Positions 9,997 to 21,520 are shown, counted from the first letter of the stretch. The stretch is DNA of 64,000 bases from a bacterium (GCA_965204535.1 CBDBEV010000001.1:2848001-2912000), one strand, 5' to 3'. The notes: generated by a model not told the origin, from the letters alone. Made by a program: numbers and translations.

Positions 9997-11508
9997 GGGG
10001 CTGTTGAAAAACCCCTGGTTTTGTGATCGTATGGATGTATCCCCCCTCGCCCGAGATGGGAGATTCCCCGATGTTGGACCGCAAGAGGCGCGGGCAGATG
10101 GAATTGTTCGTGGCCGGTTCGCTGGAGCAGTTGATTCCCGAAGATTACATATTGTTCCGGGTGAACCGCGTACTGGATTTGAGTTGGCTTCGCGAGGAGG
10201 TGGCGGAGTGCTATTGCGCGGACAACGGTCGACCGGGGATCGACCCGGAAGTGGTGGTGCGGTTGATGCTGGCGGGTCTTCTGCTGGGCCACGTTCACGA
10301 CCGGCATCTGCTTCGCGAGGCGCAGGTGAACCTGGCGATCCGGTGGTTCATCGGTTACGAGCTGCACGAGGAGTTGCCGGATCATTCGAGCCTGACGCGG
10401 ATTCGCCAGCGGTGGGGGGAGGCGCGGTTCAAGGAGATATTGCGCCGCACGGTTCAGGCGTGCCTGGAGGCGCAGGTGGCGAAGGGGGAAGTGGTTCACA
10501 TGGACGCGTCTTTGATACGTGCGGACGTGAGTTGGGAGAGTCTGGCGGCGCGCCACGCGGAGAAGGTGGTGCGGGAGAACGACTCGGCGGATGAGGCGGG
10601 GAAGAAGGGCGGGGGTTCGGGGCCTGTGAGCCGAACGGACCCCGACGCGCGCCTGGCGCGCAAGAGCGCTCGGGCGGGGTTCGAGCCGAGCTACAAGCAC
10701 CACGCGGTGGTGGACGACGAGCGTGGCGTTGTCCTCGACGTAGAGGTGACGGCGGGGACGTTGAACGAGCGGGAGATGATGGAGCCGCAGTTGGATGCGG
10801 TTTGCGAGCTCACGGGTCGCGCGCCCGCGGTGGTGACGGCGGATAGTGGTTATGCGTATTCGAAGGTGTATGCGGGATTGGAGCGGCGTGGCGTCGCCGC
10901 GGTGATACCGGCGAAGAAGGAGCCTTCCCAGAGCCGTGTTCCGCTGCAGTTGTTCCGCTACGACGAGCGGCGCAAGGTGGTGAAGTGTCCGGGCGGCAAG
11001 ACGCTGCGCCCCCGGAAGGAAACGGAGCGGGGGCGCTACTATGGTTCGAGGACGCGCGATTGCGCGGGCTGCGCGCTGAGGTCGGATTGTCTTCCCAAGT
11101 CGCACACGAGCAGGACGGTGCTGATTCCGCATGAATATCCGGCGCTGTTGCGCGCGCGCCGCCGCCACGCGCGCCGGGGGGAGGAGGAGGGCCGGCTGTG
11201 GCGCCGCCACATGGGGCGCTCGGAGGGCTACCACGGCGAAGCGAAGAGTCGGCACGGACTGGGGCGGGCGGTGCGCCGGGGCCTTGCGAACATGAGGATC
11301 CAGGCCTACCTGACGGCGACTGCGGTGAACCTCAAGCGGCTGGCCGCCGCTTTTGCGGCGGGTATATTCGCTCTGTGGAGGGCCTGGGCCGCCCGGAGAC
11401 GCCGAATGCGCGCATATCGCGGCCTCACGCGCCGATTGGGCTTCCTCTCCGCCGCCGCGTGAGCCGCCATTCAGCCCGCTCCCGAAACAGGGTTTTTCAA
11501 CAGGCCCC
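9997..11508 (+). mobile_element. IS1182-family insertion sequence
   Basis: Terminal inverted repeats GGGGCTGTTGAAAAACCCCTG (9997) and CAGGGTTTTTCAACAGGCCCC (ends 11508); 5-bp direct repeat TTAAC at 9992-9996 and 11509-11513; single transposase gene inside. Confidence 0.9.
10071..11462 (+). CDS. IS1182-family DDE transposase
   Basis: GRPGIDP...RWFIG...LPDHSSLTRIRQR, MDAS, RTDPDAR, ADSGY, CxxC, RRGL..MRIQAYLTATAVNLKRL; start may be 10023-10098. Confidence 0.9.
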   Translation: MLDRKRRGQMELFVAGSLEQLIPEDYILFRVNRVLDLSWLREEVAECYCADNGRPGIDPEVVVRLMLAGLLLGHVHDRHLLREAQVNLAIRWFIGYELHEELPDHSSLTRIRQRWGEARFKEILRRTVQACLEAQVAKGEVVHMDASLIRADVSWESLAARHAEKVVRENDSADEAGKKGGGSGPVSRTDPDARLARKSARAGFEPSYKHHAVVDDERGVVLDVEVTAGTLNEREMMEPQLDAVCELTGRAPAVVTADSGYAYSKVYAGLERRGVAAVIPAKKEPSQSRVPLQLFRYDERRKVVKCPGGKTLRPRKETERGRYYGSRTRDCAGCALRSDCLPKSHTSRTVLIPHEYPALLRARRRHARRGEEEGRLWRRHMGRSEGYHGEAKSRHGLGRAVRRGLANMRIQAYLTATAVNLKRLAAAFAAGIFALWRAWAARRRRMRAYRGLTRRLGFLSAAA

Positions 11509-11694
11509 TTAACAGGGGGGTATAAAAAGGCAACACCCGCCGCCGATGGAGGAGCTTTTGTTTTTTCTTACCCCCCTGTTAAGGGGGGGGTAGGGGGGGG
11601 TGGTTTCGAAGAGGGAGGTCGGGGGTTCGCGCGAAAGCGGCCTTCCCGCTAAAGGTAATGTCCCCCAACGAGGACTTTTTCAACAGCCCCTTTG

Positions 11695-11886
11695 CGGGTT
11701 GTTGAAAAGGCCTGTTTCGAGACTGGGCGGATACTTGGGTCCACCCCCGAGCGTCGTTTTGGTCGTAAGCCTGATGTAGGGGCCGCATATATGCGGCCCA
11801 TGACGGGCGGCGAAAAAAGGCCGGGACGCATATATGCGTCCCCTACAGACCAAACCTGACCGAAGGGGGCTTTTTCAACAATCCCC
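11695..11886. mobile_element. MITE with IS1182-type ends carrying a REP doublet
   Basis: Ends CGGGTTGTTGAAAAGG and TTTTTCAACAATCCCC; 5-bp direct repeat CTTTG at 11690-11694 and 11887-11891. Confidence 0.75.
11776..11846. repeat. GTAG-family REP inverted doublet
   Basis: GTAGGGGCCGCATATATGCGGCCC (11776-11799) and GGGACGCATATATGCGTCCCCTAC (11823-11846). Confidence 0.8.
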
Positions 11887-12048
11887 CTTTGAGGGAGGGG
11901 GAGTCATTTCATAAGCGTATGTCGATTGCGAATTCTGTTTTTGGGGGATTTTTCAAAGCTCCCGGAAGAGGGGGGTGTTCTGCGCCCAGGCGGACTCTAG
12001 GCGTGAGCCGGTCCGCGCCAGAAATGGGAAGCCGGATTCGAGAAGGGC

Positions 12049-12678
12049 CTAGAGCGGCCTCAAAACCGCGCGGGCGGGCGCGCCGTCGCGCCCCGGGAAC
12101 AGGGCGGGCAGGGCGATGAGTTCGTAATCCCCCTCGGGCGCATCGCTCAGGTTCAGCCCTTCGAGCAGCACGACGCCCAGCGGCATCAGCAGCGAGTGGA
12201 CGGGCACGTTGGGGTCGGGCGCGTCCACGCCGAGATAGTCCACGCCCAGCAGTTCCATCCCGTGGTCGTAGAGAAGCTGCCCGGCTTCTGCCGTCATGTG
12301 GCAGTAGTCGGGGCTGTAGGGTTTCGTCCACCACTGATCTTCCGAGTTCCGCGTCTTGATCAAGAAGCGCGTGGCGCCTTCGAGGTTCTTGGTCGCCAGT
12401 TCTTCCGCCGTGATGCACTCGTGGTTTTCGACCGCTATCACCCGGGCGGGACCCATGAGAGTCTCGAGGTTCAGCGTCTCGATGCCGCCCGCATCGTGCA
12501 GGTAGTGCATGGGCGCGTCGAGATGCGTGCCGGCGTGCACGCCGAATGTGACTTCGGTGAGGCAGACGTCGTCGCCTGCGTCAAAGGATTTGTGAAAGCG
12601 CATCGAAAGCCCGGGATTTCCGGGGTAGATGGGCATTTCGCCTTCCACTACGGGGACGGATATGTCGATGATGGCCAT
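12049..12678 (-). CDS. Cyclase family protein (kynurenine formamidase-like)
   Basis: Canonical HAGTHLDAPMH, GVDYLG, LLEGLNL, DGAPARAVL. Confidence 0.88.
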   Translation of the reverse strand: MAIIDISVPVVEGEMPIYPGNPGLSMRFHKSFDAGDDVCLTEVTFGVHAGTHLDAPMHYLHDAGGIETLNLETLMGPARVIAVENHECITAEELATKNLEGATRFLIKTRNSEDQWWTKPYSPDYCHMTAEAGQLLYDHGMELLGVDYLGVDAPDPNVPVHSLLMPLGVVLLEGLNLSDAPEGDYELIALPALFPGRDGAPARAVLRPL

Positions 12679-12913
12679 GGCTCTCCTCCGGCGGGATGGG
12701 GTGGGACAGGCGGGAGCAGATTACCAGAAAGCGGCGGCAGGTGTCCAAACGGGGGATTTCGAGAGGAGAGGACAAAGGGGAGGGTAACGAACGGAAAACG
12801 AGGTCCTTTTGAATCGTATAAAGATAGTTGATTGTGTGTGGTAATCTTATACGTGCGAAGCAGACGTATCCTGGAGAAATTCTTGACGAAGCGAAAACGG
12901 GAAGGAAGACGCG

Positions 12914-13102
12914 ATGGGCACCCATCCTGTGAAAAACCGGCGCAAGGATAAACAGGCGAGCGAAACGGAAGAAACCGCCGAGGATGCGATTGATTTCGAG
13001 ATAGCGGCGAAACGATGGCGCGATCTCAAGGAAGGCCGCGACTCGCTCGTTACGGATGAAGGACGGGTGGTCGTATCTTGGTTCTTCCCTACATCGCCGT
13101 AG
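12914..13102 (+). CDS. Small hypothetical protein, possible antitoxin remnant
   Basis: RBS-like GGAAGGAAG upstream; EDAIDFEIAAKRWRDLKEGRDSLV resembles the acidic C-terminal helix of small antitoxins (by eye). Confidence 0.3.
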   Translation: MGTHPVKNRRKDKQASETEETAEDAIDFEIAAKRWRDLKEGRDSLVTDEGRVVVSWFFPTSP

Positions 13103-13358
13103 GTCTTGGCGGCGGCCATTCATCAGGGGCCAGGAGTTTGCCGAATCCATAGTCCATGGATTTCTCGATTCTATCGAATCCATCATCCATCTTTTTATCG
13201 ATGGTCTCGAATCGGTCGTCGACGTTTTTGAGATTCTGATTCATTTCATATCGCATCTCATTCATTGATTCCTGGGCGCCTGCAATCGTTTCCCGCATTT
13301 CATCAAGCGATTCCTGAATGCCGGCGAAGGCTTGCCTCGTTTCATCGTCCATGGACAT
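13089..13358 (-). CDS. Small coiled-coil hypothetical protein
   Basis: MSMDDETRQAF...FETIDKKMDDGFDRIEKSMDYGFGKL with periodic hydrophobic residues; AGGGG upstream. Confidence 0.55.
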   Translation of the reverse strand: MSMDDETRQAFAGIQESLDEMRETIAGAQESMNEMRYEMNQNLKNVDDRFETIDKKMDDGFDRIEKSMDYGFGKLLAPDEWPPPRPTAM

Positions 13359-13565
13359 TCCCCTGATAAGTGTATCAGCGGCGGGCGTGATAGCCAGACG
13401 CCTGCCATGGTCGCTCTGCACTTGGGCGGTGAAGATATATTCCACTGGCAATCAGGGTGATGTCAAATGGTATCGCCGTATGTTCGCCTCTATTGCCCAT
13501 TTTTTTTCGGAAGACGAACCGGACGGCGATCACTCAAGCGCAGTCCAAGGGCGCTCGGTAAACCC

Positions 13566-14666
13566 CTACTCGTGCACGACCACGCTGCGGGCCACCTCGC
13601 CGTTCAGGAGCGCATCGTACGCCTCGTTGATCTGCTCGATGGGCCACTCCTTGGTGAGCAGGTCGTCGAGGTTGAGCTTTCCGGCCATGTAGAGGTCGAT
13701 GAGCCGGGGCACGAAGATGCGCGGGTTGGAGGAGCCGTAGAGGGAGCCGATGAGGCGCTTTTCCTCCGTCACCAGGGAGACGGGGGGTATCGAGACCCTC
13801 GATTTCACGTCCGCGATGCCCACGATGACCGCCGTGCCGCCCGTGCGCACGCTCTCGAACGCGGTGGACATCACTTCGGGCACGCCGATGAGTTCGAAGG
13901 CGTAGTGCGCGCCCTTGCCGTCGGTGAGCGCGCGGATGGCCTCCACCGCGTCCTCATCGGAGGAGTTCACCGTGTGCGTCGCGCCGAATTTTTTCGCCAT
14001 ATCGAGCTTGTTCTGCATCAGGTCGACCGCGATGATGGGCTCCGCCCCGATCAAGGCCGCCCCCTGCACCGCGTTCAGCCCCACGCCGCCCGCACCGAAC
14101 ACGGCCACGCTCTCGCCCGGACGCACCTGCGCGCCGTTTACCACCGCGCCCACGCCCGTGATGACGGCGCAGCTCACCACCGCCGCTTTTTCGAGCGACA
14201 TGTCTTCCCGAATCTTCATGACCGATTTCTCGGACATCACCGAATGGGAACTGAACGTGGAGACGCCCAGGAAGTGGTGCACCCTCTCGCCGTTGATGGA
14301 AAAGCGCGTCGTTCCGTCCGAGAGCGTGCCGTCGGCGCGCATGCGGATGCCCTCGCCGCAGATGGCGGGCCGGCCCGCGAGGCAGAGTTCGCACGCGCCG
14401 CAGCTGTAGCGCCAGACGGTGACCACGTGGTCGCCCGGCTTCACCGACGTCACGCCGGGTCCCACCTCTTCCACGACGCCAGCACCCTCGTGGCCCATGA
14501 TGATGGGCGTGGGGACCGGGAACAGGCCCACCATGGCGTGGTGGTCGCTGTGGCAGACGCCGCCCGCGCGGTAGTGCACGAGCACCTCGCCTTCTTTGGG
14601 CGGTTCCACCTCGATGGGTTCGATGGTCATCGGTTTGCCGACTTCGTGGAAGATGGCTGCTTTCAT
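13566..14666 (-). CDS. Zn-dependent alcohol dehydrogenase (class III-like)
   Basis: GVCHSD, GHEGAG, CGACELC...C, GAGGVG. Confidence 0.92.
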   Translation of the reverse strand: MKAAIFHEVGKPMTIEPIEVEPPKEGEVLVHYRAGGVCHSDHHAMVGLFPVPTPIIMGHEGAGVVEEVGPGVTSVKPGDHVVTVWRYSCGACELCLAGRPAICGEGIRMRADGTLSDGTTRFSINGERVHHFLGVSTFSSHSVMSEKSVMKIREDMSLEKAAVVSCAVITGVGAVVNGAQVRPGESVAVFGAGGVGLNAVQGAALIGAEPIIAVDLMQNKLDMAKKFGATHTVNSSDEDAVEAIRALTDGKGAHYAFELIGVPEVMSTAFESVRTGGTAVIVGIADVKSRVSIPPVSLVTEEKRLIGSLYGSSNPRIFVPRLIDLYMAGKLNLDDLLTKEWPIEQINEAYDALLNGEVARSVVVHE

Positions 14667-14827
14667 GGGGTGCTCCTCGGTCGATGGGGATGCGCGAGGC
14701 TCATTGAACCCGGCGATATCGAGTGGGTTTTCGTATTTTTACCCGAAAAAGGCGCGAATTGCACACGCCGGGTTCCCTTCGGGCGTTGCAAGTCGGGGCG
14801 CATCCGTATATGCTCTTTGGAGGAAGT

Positions 14828-14914
14828 CCCTGCTAGGGGTGTATGTACTGAGAGCCTGGAATCGCGGGCAACCCTTGGAACCTGCACTGGGTAATTCCAG
14901 CGAAGGGAAGCGGG
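14828..14914 (+). ncRNA. TPP riboswitch aptamer
   Basis: CTAGGGGTG...CTGAGA...ACCCTTGGAACCTG-CACTGGGTAATTCCAGCGAAGGGAAGC consensus directly upstream of thiS-thiG-thiE. Confidence 0.92.
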
Positions 14915-14935
14915 CCGAAGAATCCGGGTGTTTCT

Positions 14936-14967
14936 GGCCGCTCCCGAATCGCGGGGCGGCTTTTTTG
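14936..14967 (+). terminator. Intrinsic terminator, riboswitch expression platform
   Basis: GCCGCTCC-loop-GGGGCGGC hairpin followed by TTTTTT between aptamer and thiS. Confidence 0.8.
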
Positions 14968-14994
14968 ATGGGAAGTTTCCGGGGAGATCAATTC

Positions 14995-15195
14995 TTGCGT
15001 GTCCGCGTGAACGGAGAGGACAGGGAACTGGAAGAGGGTGTGAGCGTCGCCGCTCTTCTCGATTCGATGTCGCTCGAAGTGAACGGCATCGCCGTGGCGC
15101 TCAACATGGAGATCGTCCGCCGGGGCGAATACGGGGACACGCATTTATCCGATGGGGATGAGGTCGAGATCGTCCGCGCCGTGGGCGGGGGCTGA
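14995..15195 (+). CDS. thiS: Sulfur carrier protein ThiS
   Basis: TTG start after GGGGAG; 66 aa VRVNGE...IAVALNMEIV...EIVRAVGGG C-terminal GG. Confidence 0.93.
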   Translation: MRVRVNGEDRELEEGVSVAALLDSMSLEVNGIAVALNMEIVRRGEYGDTHLSDGDEVEIVRAVGGG

Positions 15196-15246
15196 GCATA
15201 CGTGAAAACGGGCGCGGCCACCGAGCCTGCGCCGGGAGGGGGTGTG

Positions 15247-16020
15247 ATGAGCACGTACGAGATTGGGGGCAGGACGTTCACTTCCCGCCTTTTGGTGGGT
15301 TCCGGCAAATATCCGAGTTTCGCCGTGATGCGCGATTCGCTCGAAGCGAGCGGGACGGAAATCGTCACCGTCGCGGTGCGCCGCGTGGACCTGGAAGACG
15401 ATTCGTCCGAGGGCTTCTGGGCGCATTTCGATAAGGACAGGTATACGATGCTGCCCAACACGGCGGGCTGTTACGACGTGAAGAGCGCGGTGACGACGGC
15501 GCGGCTCGCGCGCGAGGCCACGGGCTCGGACTTCGTGAAGGTCGAGGTCATCGGCGATGAGGACACGCTCTTCCCGGACAACGAGGGCCTGCTGGAGGCG
15601 TGCCGGATCCTGCTGGATGACGGCTTCATCGTGCTGCCCTACTGCATCGACGATCCCGTCATCTGCAAGAAGCTGGAGCAACTGGGTTGCCACGCCGTCA
15701 TGCCGCTGGCAGCACCCATCGGCTCGGGCCTGGGGATACGGAATCCCTATAACCTCAGGATCATCCTGGAGCAGGTGTCGGTTCCCGTCATCGTGGACGC
15801 GGGCGTGGGCACGGCTTCTGACGCCGCGGTGGCGATGGAGCTCGGCGCCGCCGCCGTCCTGATGCAGACGGCCATCGCGGGGGCCGACGATCCGGTGAAG
15901 ATGGCGCGCGCCATGAACCTCGCCGTCGAGGCGGGCAGGCTCGCGCACGAGGCCGGGCGCATCCCCATGAAGCTCTACGCCACAGCGTCGAGTCCGCTGG
16001 CCGGCGTCATCGGCTCTTAG
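15247..16020 (+). CDS. thiG: Thiazole synthase
   Basis: [36 protein letters not shown]. Confidence 0.96.
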   Translation: MSTYEIGGRTFTSRLLVGSGKYPSFAVMRDSLEASGTEIVTVAVRRVDLEDDSSEGFWAHFDKDRYTMLPNTAGCYDVKSAVTTARLAREATGSDFVKVEVIGDEDTLFPDNEGLLEACRILLDDGFIVLPYCIDDPVICKKLEQLGCHAVMPLAAPIGSGLGIRNPYNLRIILEQVSVPVIVDAGVGTASDAAVAMELGAAAVLMQTAIAGADDPVKMARAMNLAVEAGRLAHEAGRIPMKLYATASSPLAGVIGS

Positions 16021-16039
16021 GGCTGATACCGGCGAGATT

Positions 16040-16666
16040 TTGGAATCATCATCGCTCGACCCGCTCTACCTCATCACGGACAGGAACGCTCCCCCATCGG
16101 GCGATCTCCCGGGCGCGCTGGAGGCGGCCCTAAGAGGCGGGGTGCGCTTCGTCCAATACCGGGAAAAGGATCTGCCCTATACGGAAAGGTTTAGCCTGGG
16201 GCGGGAGGTCGCCGCCCTCACGAATGAACACGGCACGCGCCTGATCGTGAACGGCGACCCGGAACTCGCAGCCGCCCTGGGCGCGGACGGCGTACACCTC
16301 GGTAAGGGCACGTTAAGCGTTTCGGCGGTGCGCGCGGGCGGGTATCGAGGCCTGATCGGCTATTCCGCCCATTCAGGAGAAGAAGCGGCGGGCGCGTTCG
16401 CCGAGGGCGCGGATTTCGCCACGCTCAGCCCCGTATTCCCCACCAACAGCAAATTCTCATCCGGCCCCCTCATGGGGATTGATAAATTTGAGCGTGAAGT
16501 TACTCTCGCGGGCGGCCCCGTCTACGCCCTGGGCGGCGTGGGGGCGGAGAACGCGGCAACGTGTCTCGCAAGAGGCGCGCGCGGCGTCGCCCTCATCGGC
16601 GCGATTCTTGCGGCGGACGACCCCGCCAGTGCGGCGCGGGAGGTGCGCGCGGCGCTTGCGAATTGA
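16040..16666 (+). CDS. thiE: Thiamine phosphate synthase
   Basis: LYLITD, VQYREK, ADGVHLG, SAH, SPVFPT.SK, YALGGV. Confidence 0.88.
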   Translation: MESSSLDPLYLITDRNAPPSGDLPGALEAALRGGVRFVQYREKDLPYTERFSLGREVAALTNEHGTRLIVNGDPELAAALGADGVHLGKGTLSVSAVRAGGYRGLIGYSAHSGEEAAGAFAEGADFATLSPVFPTNSKFSSGPLMGIDKFEREVTLAGGPVYALGGVGAENAATCLARGARGVALIGAILAADDPASAAREVRAALAN

Positions 16667-16842
16667 TTCGTCCTGCCCGTATCCGCGCACACCTACTTGA
16701 GAAATCCGCGCGAATATCCAACAATAGCGGAAAATCGCCAAGGATATAAAATTTCTTGGTTGTTGTTTTTGGACTATTTATTCTTGTCCTCTATTTTTAG
16801 GGGTAGACCCGGAAATAGTGCTTGGAAAGAAATGAAAATGCA

Positions 16843-17646
16843 ATGATTTTGTATGAACAGATCGAATTGCTACGCATCCATATTTCCGAACTGGAACAAG
16901 TTGAATATATCGGCACCCCTTTATTGGGCGGTGGGACAATGGACGCTTACACATTCAAGAAATATGTTTTGGTAGCAAGAGACATTCTGGCTTTCCTGAG
17001 TTTTGCGGATCCAGATGGGTCTATATTTCCGGAAATCAAGAGAGAAATTCGCTCCATTGAAGAAGATAAAGATATTTCATTGAAGCGCCTCCTAGGGATG
17101 ATTGTTCACTTGAGCTACCTAGACCTCAATAATGACACTCCCCCAGAAACTTGCATCCTAGACGTAATAAACGACAGGGGGGAAAGGCATCGTGTTAAGT
17201 TGGGTGATTTTACATCAGCCTTAAATACACTTCTCTTGAAACCTCATCAGGTAGGTATTGCAGTGTGTTGCTTTACAGATAGGCACATCAAAAAAATGGA
17301 GTCGTGCGGGAAGGATAAAATCCCAGAGATGTTCTTGAAACATTGGAATACGGCTACCTCCTGCAATTTCGATTGGTTACTCGCCAAATTTTGCAAAGAT
17401 TTTTCATTGGAACAAGCAATCTTGAAGGAAATTTTTCAGTTTTCCATGATTGCAGAAACCCCGGATTGCGTTGATCCCAGAAGCTACATTTTTCATATGA
17501 ATCCTACGAGATTAGACCTAGGGAAAATGAGCACCTCGCTTACTTGGAGCGACAGAAAAGAGAGAAAGATAAAAATAGAGTCGGTTGGTGTTCGAAAGTT
17601 GATTTCTGTTATTCGAGGACACTTGGAATTGTATAATGTGGCTTAA
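16843..17646 (+). CDS. Hypothetical protein (AT-rich insertion)
   Basis: Single long ORF in visibly low-GC DNA; no recognised motif; start may be 16822. Confidence 0.6.
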   Translation: MILYEQIELLRIHISELEQVEYIGTPLLGGGTMDAYTFKKYVLVARDILAFLSFADPDGSIFPEIKREIRSIEEDKDISLKRLLGMIVHLSYLDLNNDTPPETCILDVINDRGERHRVKLGDFTSALNTLLLKPHQVGIAVCCFTDRHIKKMESCGKDKIPEMFLKHWNTATSCNFDWLLAKFCKDFSLEQAILKEIFQFSMIAETPDCVDPRSYIFHMNPTRLDLGKMSTSLTWSDRKERKIKIESVGVRKLISVIRGHLELYNVA

Positions 17647-17700
17647 ATTCAAACTGAGCCACTACCAAATTTTCACATGACCGAGCCGGGAGGTACTCTC

Positions 17701-19656
<1,956 letters not shown>

Positions 19657-19690
19657 GGGACGTCGGGCAAATAGGTCGGAAGTTTTATTG

Positions 19691-19719
19691 GTAGGGGACG
19701 CATATTATGCGTCCCTTAC
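19691..19719. repeat. Single GTAG-family REP
   Basis: GTAGGGGACGCATATTATGCGTCCCTTAC, same family as 11776 and 43694. Confidence 0.75.
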
Positions 19720-19768
19720 TTGTATTGAGGTAGACACGATTACATTTTTTGAGGAGGTATCTTGAAGA

Positions 19769-20929
19769 ATGAGCTTAGAAGAAGTCTTGAAAAAGGCGGT
19801 CGAGCGCGTCCACGGAAGTGATTTGAAAGACGAAGAGGACAGCAAGCAGATTATAGAATCGATTTTGAGCAAATTAGGTTGGGATATTCATCATAAGAAT
19901 GATGTGGAGAAGGAGTACGTCACGAAACGCAATACAGAAAAGAGGGGTAAGGATTCCAGCGTAGATTACGCGCTAAAAAGTAGTTACCAAGCCCCGGAAG
20001 TTTTTATCGAAGCCAAAAAAATTGGCAAAGCCGATGACAAGGCAGAGGAACAATTATTTGAATATGCCGCGAATGAAAAAGTTCTGTTCCTCGTTTTGAC
20101 AGATGGACAGACTTGGACATTTTACGCAGGCGACAAAATAGGCAGGCGAGATGATAAGCCTGTTGATAGGCTGATCTGTCGAGTGAAATTGGACAGCAAT
20201 GAACAGGAGCAAATCAAGGAATATGCCTCTAGTCTAAGTGCATATTTACGCAAGGATCGTATCGTTACTAAAAAAACTGCTGAAAATAAGGCAAAAAAGC
20301 AATACGACAATAACATGAATCTCAAAAGGGCATGTGAGGCTATTCCGGTCGCTTGGCAACAGCTTGCGGAAACTTCGAATACAACCCTTTGTAATTTGCT
20401 TGCTAAAGGAGTAAAGAACCAATGTGGAACCAAGCCGAAACTTGAGGATATAGAGGCGTTCTTGAAGGGCCTTCGTCCCGGTTCCGCACCAACGACCCCT
20501 CATCGTCGGGCGAGTCAGTCAGCTACTACCTTGCCATTCCAGTCGTCGAAATCAGCCTCCATCCCATCACAATCAGCGGTCGGCAAGAAATCCAAACTCG
20601 TTGGTTTTTCCCTTGACAAAGAATCTTTTAATACCAGTTCTGCGAAAGAAACGCTGGCTGAAATACTAAAAAAGTTGCAAGACCGTGATCCCGGCTTCAT
20701 GGACCGCCTTGCGAAGGAAACAGTAGGAAGGAAACGGAGGTTAGTGGCGAGAGACCGCAATGACCTTTATGACGACCCCAAGTTCGTAAAGCAATCATCA
20801 CTGGATTTGCAGAATGGATGGTGGCTAGGGCACCATCTCAGCACAGCGCAAGTCCAACGATACATAAAAACCGCCTGCGAAGTCGCGGGCGTGAAATACG
20901 GAACCCAGTTGACTCTGATTGAGCGCTAA
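19769..20929 (+). CDS. HsdR_N-like PD-(D/E)XK nuclease with C-terminal putative DNA-binding domain
   Basis: ILSKLGW...VEKEY...VDYAL...FIEAKK...QLFEYA...LTDGQTW; low-GC; GAGGAGG RBS. Confidence 0.78.
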   Translation: MSLEEVLKKAVERVHGSDLKDEEDSKQIIESILSKLGWDIHHKNDVEKEYVTKRNTEKRGKDSSVDYALKSSYQAPEVFIEAKKIGKADDKAEEQLFEYAANEKVLFLVLTDGQTWTFYAGDKIGRRDDKPVDRLICRVKLDSNEQEQIKEYASSLSAYLRKDRIVTKKTAENKAKKQYDNNMNLKRACEAIPVAWQQLAETSNTTLCNLLAKGVKNQCGTKPKLEDIEAFLKGLRPGSAPTTPHRRASQSATTLPFQSSKSASIPSQSAVGKKSKLVGFSLDKESFNTSSAKETLAEILKKLQDRDPGFMDRLAKETVGRKRRLVARDRNDLYDDPKFVKQSSLDLQNGWWLGHHLSTAQVQRYIKTACEVAGVKYGTQLTLIER

Positions 20930-20974
20930 CTCCCAAGTATCCTGAAAAGCATTGGAAACAATTAAGAATGTTTT

Positions 20975-21005
20975 ATACGCGGCTTCGCCGCTACTCAGGG
21001 TGAGG
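20975..21005. repeat. REP-like element, second family
   Basis: ATACGCGGCTTCGCCGCTACTCAGGGTGAGG, homologous to arms at ~48012-48050 and ~48429-48465. Confidence 0.6.
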
Positions 21006-21178
21006 CGGAGTGCCGGGCCGCGTGGTTTTCGAGGGGAGACGCTCTCCCGTCCACCGGGAGAGGGTTCCTCCGGGATTCCCGGCGATTTGGCGGCGCGCGC
21101 GGGGACATGGTATCGTGGCTGTGCGCGAGGACTTCAAAGACCCATCTGAATCTTCATTCTGAGAGATGGGGGCGAGAG

Positions 21179-21448
21179 ATGACGGATTACCAGTTCTACA
21201 TGTTGTTGGCCACGGCCGCCGGTCCCTTGGTGGCGCTCGGCGTCGGCGGCGCGCAATGCCTGCTGATCTTCAGCGGACTCCGGCAGATGCGGGCGGCCTC
21301 GCGCGCGCGGGAACAGCTGCACGCAGAAACCATGGCGGCCATGGAATCGCGGCACGAGGAAACCATGGCGGCTTTGGAGAAGCAGCATGCCGAAAACATG
21401 GCTGTGCTGAAAGAACTCATCCGCCGCACCGGAAACGGGGCCGAATGA
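21179..21448 (+). CDS. Small membrane-anchored coiled-coil protein, copy 1
   Basis: Hydrophobic N-terminus followed by H-x-E-T/N-M-A-A repeats; duplicated downstream. Confidence 0.7.
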   Translation: MTDYQFYMLLATAAGPLVALGVGGAQCLLIFSGLRQMRAASRAREQLHAETMAAMESRHEETMAALEKQHAENMAVLKELIRRTGNGAE

Positions 21449-21520
21449 GCGTGGTTCATGGCGGGCCGCGAGGACTTCAAAGACCCATCTGATTCTTCAT
21501 TCGGAGAGATGGGGCGAGAG

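Larger units (their letters stand above)
9972..11602. repeat. ~114-bp palindromic element interrupted by the IS
   Basis: Removing the IS and one TTAAC copy gives CA-C8-TA-C8-TTAAC-A-G6-TA, the exact 34-bp reverse complement of 11569-11602. Confidence 0.8.

Noticed and set aside
9981-11255. 424-aa minus-strand ORF
   Set aside because: Antisense shadow of the transposase; no motifs
11695-11963. Possible CRISPR array in repeat-rich intergenic DNA (also 47956-48521)
   Set aside because: Repeats are inverted and nested, not regularly spaced direct repeats; no cas genes
14596-14994. N-terminal extension of ThiS in the ORF track
   Set aside because: Runs through the adh start, riboswitch and terminator; the real start is TTG 14995
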